A stretch of DNA of 32,704 nucleotides. Origin: an uncultured bacterium (GTDB lineage: Bacteria; B130-G9). The translations under genes were made by a program, and so were the position numbers. Below are positions 9,842-16,794 of this stretch, piece by piece; position 1 is the first letter of the stretch, and each line of letters begins with the position of its first letter. Where the stretch lies: contig CBDVDH010000045.1 in the NCBI GenBank assembly GCA_965372715.1, positions 1 to 32,704 of the forward strand. Reading direction: 5' to 3'. The notes beneath the pieces were generated by a model that was not told the DNA's origin, did not search any database, and saw only the letters and a program-made list of their open reading frames with translations.

Positions 9842-11139
9842 TGACTTTGCGTGCGGTGCTGGTGGAAGACGTGGGGCAGCATGTGGGTCAGGAAGTCTCC
9901 CTTCGCGGTTGGGTCTATAACAAGCGCTCGAGCGGGAAGATAAGATTCATTCTACTGAGGGACGGGACAGGAATAATCCAATGCGTTCTGGTCGAGGGCC
10001 AGGTCAGCGGCGAGACGTTCGAGAGGTTTGCGCCGCTTACTCAGGAGACATCGGTGATCATAACGGGGACCATAAACGAGGACAAGCGCGCCCCTTCGGG
10101 ATACGAGCTTCTTGTCAAAGACGTAGATATAGGTCAGATTGCCATCGACTACCCCATAACTCCCAAGGAGCACTCGACGGCGTATCTCCTTGATAGGAGA
10201 CACCTTTGGATACGCTCCCTGCAGCAGAATGCCATCCTGAGAATAAGGGCCGAAGTTATCAAGGCCGTGCGAGACTTTCTCGACGGCGACGGCTTCGTTC
10301 TGGCGGACACCCCTGTTTTCACGCCGACATCATGTGAGGGGACAAGCACCTTGTTCGAGACCAAGTACTTCGACCAGACCGCCTACTTGGCGCAGAGCGG
10401 CCAGCTATACAACGAGGCCACCGCTATGGCGCTTGGCAAGGTCTATTGCTTCGGTCCTGCCTTTAGAGCAGAGAAATCAAAAACCAGGCGCCATCTCACG
10501 GAGTTCTGGCAGGTGGAGCCTGAGGCGGCCTACTACGATCTTGACGATATGGCGGACGTCGCTGAGCGAATGATTGCGTATCTCGTCAGATCGGTCCTGA
10601 AGAACAAGGCGAGAGAGCTGAAGGCGCTTGAGCGGGACACGACCATCCTGGAGAAGCTTGAGGCGCCGTTTCCCAAGATAGCCTACGACGAGGCGTTGGA
10701 GATACTCAAGACAAGGGGTATAGAGGTCGAATACGGGTCGGACTTTGGCGCTCCGGAGCAGACCGCTCTGAGCAATGAGTATGACAAGCCCGTTTTCGTA
10801 ATGAACTTTCCGCTCACGGCAAAGGAGTTCTATATGAAGGAGCACCCGGAGAAACCGGAGCTGGTCCTTTGCTTCGACATTATGGCGCCGGAGGGCCATG
10901 GCGAGATAGTTGGCGGTAGCCAGCGTGTGGATGATCTGGAGACGTTGGAAAAGCGGCTTAGGGACTTCAACCTGCCAAGGGAGCCGTTTGAGTGGTATCT
11001 TGACCTAAGAAGGTTCGGAAGCGTTCCGCACAGTGGCTTCGGGATGGGGATAGAGCGCACCGTGGCCTGGATATGCGGCATCAAGCACATAAGGGAAGCG
11101 ATCCCATTTCCAAGAACCCTATATCGGATCACCCCGTAG
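9841..11139 (+). CDS. asnS: Asparagine--tRNA ligase
   Basis: GWVYNKRSSGKIRF, LRDGTGIIQ, RHLWIRS, CEGTSTLF, YLAQSGQLY, FGPAFRAEKSKTRRHLTEFW, EIVGGSQR, WYLDLRRFGSVPHSGFGMGIER. TGATG overlap with the upstream gene. Confidence 0.96.
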   Translation: MTLRAVLVEDVGQHVGQEVSLRGWVYNKRSSGKIRFILLRDGTGIIQCVLVEGQVSGETFERFAPLTQETSVIITGTINEDKRAPSGYELLVKDVDIGQIAIDYPITPKEHSTAYLLDRRHLWIRSLQQNAILRIRAEVIKAVRDFLDGDGFVLADTPVFTPTSCEGTSTLFETKYFDQTAYLAQSGQLYNEATAMALGKVYCFGPAFRAEKSKTRRHLTEFWQVEPEAAYYDLDDMADVAERMIAYLVRSVLKNKARELKALERDTTILEKLEAPFPKIAYDEALEILKTRGIEVEYGSDFGAPEQTALSNEYDKPVFVMNFPLTAKEFYMKEHPEKPELVLCFDIMAPEGHGEIVGGSQRVDDLETLEKRLRDFNLPREPFEWYLDLRRFGSVPHSGFGMGIERTVAWICGIKHIREAIPFPRTLYRITP

Positions 11140-11150
11140 TCCTGGCGAAA

Positions 11151-11816
11151 ATGGCTTCAATGGTAGAGCTTTTCGGCGTAGGTAGGTCCTTCGGCAGGAA
11201 TGTCCTTGCGCTCTGGGACATCTCGTTTGCCGTTAAGAAGGGTCAGTTCGCGGTAATATGCGGACCAGCCGATTCCGGGAAGACGACTCTTATGCGCATC
11301 ATAAGTGGCCAGCTCAAGCCCACCGACGGTCACGTTCTTGTAGATGGCGTGAATGTTGCGGGAGTTTTCCTGACCAGACGTCAGCAGATTCTGGGAAAGA
11401 CGATAGGCGTGGTTGGCCCAAGGCCGCTGGTTCTCAGAGGCACATCTGCGGTTAGCACTATTACTTTGGCGTTGGCCAGCATTGGCATTCATGGCAAACC
11501 GGGGCTCCAACGTGCCAAGGACGCGCTGGAACTTGTAGGACTGTCCCACAGAAGCAACGCCCTGCCGGTGGCCCTTTCTGAACCGGAGCGAAGGTCGCTT
11601 TCGATAGCTAGAGCTCTTGCCACGCGACCAAGAGTCCTTCTCGCCGACGATCCTATCCTAGGCCTTGACAATTCTGCCGCCAAGGACATAATGACAATAC
11701 TGAATCGCGCATCCGACCGGGGCACTACCGTGCTCGTGGCCACCAGGGCGGATAACGTCTGGCAAGGCCTTTCGCCTGTCATGGTGCGCCTCCTGGCCGG
11801 ACGCATTCAACATTAA
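11151..11816 (+). CDS. FtsE-like ABC ATP-binding protein with degenerate catalytic motifs
   Basis: ALWDISFAVKKGQF...GPADSGKTTL (Walker A), IARAL..RPRVLLADDP and GTTVLVAT match the FtsE framework, but the signature reads LSEPE. Start ATG 11151, 11 nt after the asnS stop. Confidence 0.75.
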   Translation: MASMVELFGVGRSFGRNVLALWDISFAVKKGQFAVICGPADSGKTTLMRIISGQLKPTDGHVLVDGVNVAGVFLTRRQQILGKTIGVVGPRPLVLRGTSAVSTITLALASIGIHGKPGLQRAKDALELVGLSHRSNALPVALSEPERRSLSIARALATRPRVLLADDPILGLDNSAAKDIMTILNRASDRGTTVLVATRADNVWQGLSPVMVRLLAGRIQH

Positions 11817-11856
11817 ATCGGAAGAGCTAACGCCTCAATAGCCGGGAGGGCATGAA

Positions 11857-12336
11857 ATGAGGGAGTTCGATTTATCGGATTTCAATGATGAGACTGGCGA
11901 GGAGAAGCCAGAGAGAGCGGAAGACGAGGAGTTCGAACCCGTCGTCATTGAGGCTGCGCGCCTCGACCCCGAGGGAATGACCCAGGACGCAACGTTTGCG
12001 ACGCTCGCGGCCGAGGAGATCAAGAAGCAGTTTGCGCGCCGGGATGCTCATATCAAAATCTTTACTAGTCAATTCAAGATCGTGGGGAAGCTGCTCGTTC
12101 CGGCCGAGGGCGCCATGACAAGACTTACGGACACACTTAACATGCCGGAGAAGCACTTTCTGCCGATCACCGAGGCTGAGGTAACATCCCTTTCGACCGG
12201 CAAGGTCGTCCACTCGAGCACCTTCGTAGCTGTCAACAGGGACGACGTCCAGATCATTATGCCAATCGCCGAGCCAGACAAACCAACAGCGAAGATCGAC
12301 TTCGCAGGCGATACGTTCCGCGAGGAAGAGGTCTAG
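11857..12336 (+). CDS. Hypothetical protein with acidic N-terminus and small beta-rich domain (resembles DUF6812)
   Basis: GGAGG RBS, 159 aa. Core IKIFT..FKIVGKL...RLTDTLN...FLPITEAEV...FVAVNRDDVQIIMP. The family assignment is from memory. Confidence 0.7.
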   Translation: MREFDLSDFNDETGEEKPERAEDEEFEPVVIEAARLDPEGMTQDATFATLAAEEIKKQFARRDAHIKIFTSQFKIVGKLLVPAEGAMTRLTDTLNMPEKHFLPITEAEVTSLSTGKVVHSSTFVAVNRDDVQIIMPIAEPDKPTAKIDFAGDTFREEEV

Positions 12337-12386
12337 CTTGCCATAAGCGTTGTCAGTGTTTGCGCGACGGCTACTTCATCAGGACC

Positions 12387-12404
12387 GGTTTTTTAGTCAG
12401 CCTC
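12387..12404 (-). repeat. IS-terminus-like motif GAGGCTG-N4-AWAA (copy 1)
   Basis: Minus strand reads GAGGCTGACTAAAAAACC, with a GTAG 12 nt further on. Related motifs at 15539 and 32636. Confidence 0.35.
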
Positions 12405-12692
12405 TCGCGTCTTGCCAGGGCGAGCACATAACATGAACCGGCCTAACGACCATTCTTGTCCTGAAGCACTGGCGTATATCGGTTCTGTCGTCAACAGATG
12501 ACCGGCCACGACCTCCTATCGATTTTGCTCTATAGAAACTTAACGTGCCTTGGCCTCTAAGAGGAGACGCTTCATTGTGACCCGACATGTGCTGACGGTG
12601 AGAAGAGGCAGCTTATCAGAAAGCAGCAGCCGTTGGGTCTTGCAGCGAGCACCCTATCAAAACCCAAATCTCATCAGAAGCCGACGCAAATT

Positions 12693-12720
12693 GGTTCTGA
12701 TAAGGTATGTTATGTGAACT
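12693..12720 (+). other. dif-like XerC/XerD recombination site
   Basis: GGTTCTGATAA-GGTATG-TTATGTGAACT has the 11+6+11 architecture of E. coli dif (GGTGCGCATAA-TGTATA-TTATGTTAAAT), with a 9/11 match in the XerD arm. Intergenic. Confidence 0.75.
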
Positions 12721-12741
12721 AACTGACACGACTGGAACTCA

Positions 12742-15417
12742 ATGAAAATCGCTATCCCTCTGCCTAGCTCGGTCCCCTTCTCGCCCGGCGGAATAGAAAA
12801 ACTCGCTGGCGGGCTTGCTGACGCGCTAGAAAAGGCTGGACATCAGGTCGAGGTAATCAAGATGCTGGCGCCTGAGCGGACCTGCTGGCAGATCATCTAC
12901 TCATACATCAGATTCTGGCGCCTGGACCTGAGCCACTTCGACCTTGTGGTCTCACTCAAATATCCGGCGTGGATGTGCCGATCAAATAAACATATTGTCT
13001 ATATGTGTCATCGCCTTCGCGGGCTTTGCGATACCTATCCCCTGCCGTTGGGCGTGAAAACCTGGCTCAGCGCCTCGTTGCTTCGATTTCCGGGGCCCTT
13101 GATACGGAGCGTCGTCCACTGGTTCGATCGAATTGGCCTCTCGAACCGGCGGATTTCGCATTTCTTCTGCCTTTCGGAGACGGTGAAACGAAGGGCTGAT
13201 TATTTCCCCCAAGGATGTTATGAGCCAGTAGTTCTCTATCCACCTACTTCTCTGAAGGGGCTATCGCAGGGACACTATGACTACTTCTTCGCGGTGAGCA
13301 GGCTGGATGCGCCAAAACGGATCGACCTGCTCGTCTCGGCGATGGCGCACATTCAGGAAGATGTGAGGCTGCTCATAGCTGGAGACGGGCCGCAGAGGCC
13401 GTATCTTCAAGCTCTTGCCGCGAGCGACCCCAGGATCGAGTTTCTGGGTTCCATCACGGACGAGCAGCTCGCCAAGCTCTATTCTAACGCCCTGGCGGTG
13501 CTATTTGTGCCTGTTCAGGAGGATTTTGGGCTGGTTACGGTTGAGGCGATGAGATGCGGAAAACCGGTGATAACTTGCATTGATTCCGGTGGCCCGACGG
13601 AGTTGGTCGAGGATGGCCTGAACGGCTTCGTTTGCGCACCTGAGTCGCGTGTGATCGCCGAGAAGATGTCATTGCTCGCTGGAAGCCCCGATATGGCGAG
13701 GGAGCTAGGCGAAAGAGGGCTTGAGAGGGTCTCTAGAATCACTTGGGAGGGCCTGGTCAGCGAGCTGCTGAGACCCTACAATTACCTCCAACTGAACTTT
13801 AATAAGTCCCGACAGAACAAGAGAATTATGTGTGTCCTGTCACCTTATGGTATCTATCCTCCTGTTGGGGGCGGCAAAGCTCGCATTTTTCAGCTTTATC
13901 GATATCTGGCACGCTACTACAACATAGTCATCGTTTCCGTAGGTAACTACAACGAGCCATATCAGCTGAATGAGCTTTCGGACGGCCTAGTCGAGGTAAG
14001 GGTCCCGATGACGCCTGTCCATAGCGAGAAGCAATGGGAACTCGAGAAGGCCGCCGGGCTCCCTATCTCGGACGTTGCCATGCCAAAACTCATGAAAGAA
14101 AGCCCGATGATCGGAAGGGTAGTCGAGCATTTCGTTCAAAAGGCTGATGTCGTTGTGGCGTCGCATCCTTTCCTGTTCGATGCGATTCGTCGTGTTGAGC
14201 GGACGAGGCTTGTGGTGTATGAGGCGCACAACGTTGAGACGACGCTCAAGGGAGATTGCCTGAAGGGTTCCAGAACGGGCCGGCGCCTGCTGAGTGAGAC
14301 AAGGCGAGTCGAGCGGGCGGCGGCTCGTCAGTCTGATGTTGTTTGGGCCACTTCGGAGCATGAGGCGAAGGACCTCGCGTCGATGTTCGGCACTGATACG
14401 GAGAGCGTTTGGGTCGTCCCTAACGCAGTTGATACTAGCGCGATCGGTGTGCCAGATGCCCGGACTCGCAAGAAGGCAAGGAGAGAGCTCGGCTGCGATG
14501 GGCCGGTCGCGCTATTCATCGCATCTTGGCATCCGCCCAATCTTGATGGCCTGCTGTTCTTGAAGGAGCGGCTCTCTCCTGCTCTGCCCGACTATGAGAT
14601 CGTGGTCATCGGCAGCGTGAAAGACCAGTATTCGTCTGTGTTTGACAACCTTGACTTCCCGGGCAACCTGAGAGTCCTGGGCGTCCTCGATGATGCGATC
14701 AAGAACCTCTGGCTTGCGGCGGCGGACGTTGCCATCAATCCCGTTGTGGCGGGGTCCGGCACGAGCCTCAAGATGTTCGACTACATGGCCGCTGGCCTTC
14801 CAATCGTAACAACAGCAGTGGGAGCAAGAGGAACCAGCCTTGTGGATGGTAAACACGCCGTCATCTGCGAACCAGAGCAGTTCGCCGAGAAGATACGTCA
14901 TCTCCATGATAACCCGGAGGTGGCGTCCTTGCTAGCAGCGGCAGCGAGGAAACTCGCGGAAGAGCGCTTCGATTGGGCGAAGATAGCGGATGCCCTTCAC
15001 GTGAGGCTCGAAGAGGCGATGCCCTCTCCCCTACCCCGCGAGTTCGACGCCACTGCTCAGCAGCCGTTCGTCTCCGGTTGGTATCCGGTTGAGATGTGGG
15101 AGGCGAAGTTCCCGTTTCGATGGTCGAACGGCGAGGGGAGGCTTGCCATTCACAACCCCAAGCGCGACGCCACGCTGCGCGTCGACCTCCTGAAGGGCGC
15201 GTCCCCTGAACTCAGTGTGCTAGTGAATGACAGTCCGCTGACTGAATTGGCCCTTCAGGATGGCTGGCAGCAGGTCGAGGTCCGGGTGCCCCGCATCATC
15301 GACGGCGACGCAATCGAGGTCCTACTGAGATGCGACCTCTGGCGCCCGGCCGACGTTGACGGCGGCGACGACTTCCGGCGCCTCGGCGTGGCTGTCCGCA
15401 GGGCCAACATTGTGTAG
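12742..15417 (+). CDS. Tandem GT4 (GT-B) glycosyltransferase with C-terminal beta-sandwich domain
   Basis: Module 1: GGIEKL, VSRLDAPKRIDLL, EDFGLVTVEAMRCGKPVI. Module 2: PPVGGGKARIF, YEAHNVE, VVPNAVD, HPPN, GSGTSLKMFDYMAAGLPIVTT. Tail: GWYPVE..FRWSNG...DFRRLGVAV. Confidence 0.9.
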   Translation: MKIAIPLPSSVPFSPGGIEKLAGGLADALEKAGHQVEVIKMLAPERTCWQIIYSYIRFWRLDLSHFDLVVSLKYPAWMCRSNKHIVYMCHRLRGLCDTYPLPLGVKTWLSASLLRFPGPLIRSVVHWFDRIGLSNRRISHFFCLSETVKRRADYFPQGCYEPVVLYPPTSLKGLSQGHYDYFFAVSRLDAPKRIDLLVSAMAHIQEDVRLLIAGDGPQRPYLQALAASDPRIEFLGSITDEQLAKLYSNALAVLFVPVQEDFGLVTVEAMRCGKPVITCIDSGGPTELVEDGLNGFVCAPESRVIAEKMSLLAGSPDMARELGERGLERVSRITWEGLVSELLRPYNYLQLNFNKSRQNKRIMCVLSPYGIYPPVGGGKARIFQLYRYLARYYNIVIVSVGNYNEPYQLNELSDGLVEVRVPMTPVHSEKQWELEKAAGLPISDVAMPKLMKESPMIGRVVEHFVQKADVVVASHPFLFDAIRRVERTRLVVYEAHNVETTLKGDCLKGSRTGRRLLSETRRVERAAARQSDVVWATSEHEAKDLASMFGTDTESVWVVPNAVDTSAIGVPDARTRKKARRELGCDGPVALFIASWHPPNLDGLLFLKERLSPALPDYEIVVIGSVKDQYSSVFDNLDFPGNLRVLGVLDDAIKNLWLAAADVAINPVVAGSGTSLKMFDYMAAGLPIVTTAVGARGTSLVDGKHAVICEPEQFAEKIRHLHDNPEVASLLAAAARKLAEERFDWAKIADALHVRLEEAMPSPLPREFDATAQQPFVSGWYPVEMWEAKFPFRWSNGEGRLAIHNPKRDATLRVDLLKGASPELSVLVNDSPLTELALQDGWQQVEVRVPRIIDGDAIEVLLRCDLWRPADVDGGDDFRRLGVAVRRANIV

Positions 15418-15513
15418 AGGTGTTCGCCGCGCGGCGAACTGCACCCGTCTTGACGAACGTGGGCGCGATACGATAAAGGACCGGGCACACATTCGCCGCG
15501 CGGCGAACCGCAC
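15414..15513. repeat. Pair of perfect GC-rich palindromes (REP-like)
   Basis: GTTCGCCGCGCGGCGAAC (15422-15439, 18-bp palindrome) and TTCGCCGCGCGGCGAA (15492-15507). The first is preceded by GTAG at 15414-15417. Confidence 0.75.
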
Positions 15514-15538
15514 ACGCTAGCCCTTCGGGCGGAGCAAG

Positions 15539-15556
15539 GAGGCTGGGACATAAGTC
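15539..15556 (+). repeat. IS-terminus-like motif GAGGCTG-N4-ATAAGTC (copy 2)
   Basis: GAGGCTGGGACATAAGTC shares 14/18 nt with GAGGCTGTCCAATAAGTC at 32636. Both are followed 11-13 nt later by a GTAG hairpin. Confidence 0.45.
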
Positions 15557-15567
15557 GTTGCGGTTGT

Positions 15568-15673
15568 GTAGTGGCGTGGTCTTTGACCCGCCCTTTCGAA
15601 TTGATGGTCGCATAAGATGCCTCGTATCCGCAGGGATTCATGTAGGCGGGCGGGTCTGAGACCGCGTCCCTAC
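15568..15673. repeat. Inverted pair of GTAG-type REP hairpins (REPIN-like)
   Basis: GTAGTGGCGTGGTCTTTGACCCGCCC (15568-15593) and, on the minus strand, GTAGGGACGCGGTCTCAGACCCGCCC (15673-15648). Confidence 0.75.
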
Positions 15674-15808
15674 AGAATGCCGTACCCAGCATGAGCCGAT
15701 CTATGTGCAGATGTGCGACGCCGATCTCGATTTGACATTCCAGTGCAACTTATGGGATTGTCGATGCAGCAACTGTCGGGATGCACAATCTTAGGGAGGA
15801 ATCGGCCA

Positions 15809-16663
15809 ATGCGTGAGGCAAAAAACGACGGTGATTCACTGGACACCAACCTTCAATCTTTCAAGATCGATAAGCCGCTTCGTCTGGCTGCGGTCGTCGT
15901 GGCACTTCTTGCGGTTTCACTGTATAGCCGCTTGATCGATCTCAGGCCCTGGTCATGGCTTGCGCGCGGCGGCCCGAATGTGGGCGCCGCCTTTAGCCTT
16001 ATCGCATTGCATCTCATCGTGTTCTGCGCGATGGGATACCTTCTGCTCAGCTGGGCAAAGCGACGAACAGCATCATCAACTCTCACGCTCGGGGGCCTGG
16101 TCCTGATACTGTTCGTGAAGTATCCAATGCTGCAACACGGACCATTGGTCTGCTTCATCGGCCCAAGCCATTCTTCGTGGCGCCTCAACCCGTCGAAGTG
16201 GTATTCAATTGGATACTCGATCCATACATATATTTCTATTGGCCTCACAATCGCCATTGCCCTATGGATCAATTACCTAGTATATCGCCTCGCCCGACGG
16301 CACGGTGTTTCTGCGGCGATGGCAGTTGCAGTGGGCATTTGGGGATTTCATTTCGGTCCAATCTGTCACGGCGCCTCCTTGCCGCAAACCGTTGTGTTGA
16401 GTCTGGCGGTCTTATCCCTTGGCGCGCTGGCCTGGCGTCCGTCATCCGTCGCACTCAAGGCATTCATTGGCTTAACGGCTGCATCCTTCCTTATGGGCGT
16501 CATCACGGGGGGATTGGGCAATCCTGTCTTCACGGCGTTCGGGCTCAGGCGAGTTACGTTGATTCCGTTCTTGGTGTTCTCAACGGGCGTCGTTGGAGCC
16601 GCGCTGGCTGCTGCCTTGGCTCGACGCAGAGGCGCACAGCAGGAGCAGGTCGCGACTACTTGA
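15809..16663 (+). CDS. Hypothetical polytopic membrane protein
   Basis: GGGAGGA RBS before ATG 15809. About 8 hydrophobic segments, no family recognised. Confidence 0.65.
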   Translation: MREAKNDGDSLDTNLQSFKIDKPLRLAAVVVALLAVSLYSRLIDLRPWSWLARGGPNVGAAFSLIALHLIVFCAMGYLLLSWAKRRTASSTLTLGGLVLILFVKYPMLQHGPLVCFIGPSHSSWRLNPSKWYSIGYSIHTYISIGLTIAIALWINYLVYRLARRHGVSAAMAVAVGIWGFHFGPICHGASLPQTVVLSLAVLSLGALAWRPSSVALKAFIGLTAASFLMGVITGGLGNPVFTAFGLRRVTLIPFLVFSTGVVGAALAAALARRRGAQQEQVATT

Positions 16664-16718
16664 TCTCGCGAGATTGGGCGCGACCTGAACGGGCGGCCCG
16701 ATGGCTGTCGTGCAGTAG

Positions 16719-16794
16719 GTAGGGGTGCTGCTTGCTGCACCCTGGATATGCGTTGGGCCATGCTGGGAATGGGCGGGGCAAGCACCGCCCCTAC
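16719..16794. repeat. Inverted pair of GTAG-type REP hairpins
   Basis: GTAGGGGTGCTGCTTGCTGCACCC (16719-16742) and minus-strand GTAGGGGCGGTGCTTGCCCCGCCC (16794-16771). Lies between convergent genes. Confidence 0.8.

Noticed and set aside
11073-11150. N-terminal extension of the ABC ATPase ORF
   Set aside because: Overlaps the asnS 3' end; homology starts at ATG 11151.
12355-12390. Minus-strand CTGATGA suggestive of a hammerhead ribozyme core
   Set aside because: No stem II followed by GAAA, so the conserved core is incomplete.
12397-12588. 63-aa minus-strand ORF near dif
   Set aside because: Short, with no motif or convincing RBS; treated as intergenic.
15605-15632. TGGTCGCATAA as a second XerC-like arm (possible dif-module boundary)
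   Set aside because: No XerD arm follows the 6-nt spacer (TCGTATCCGCA).
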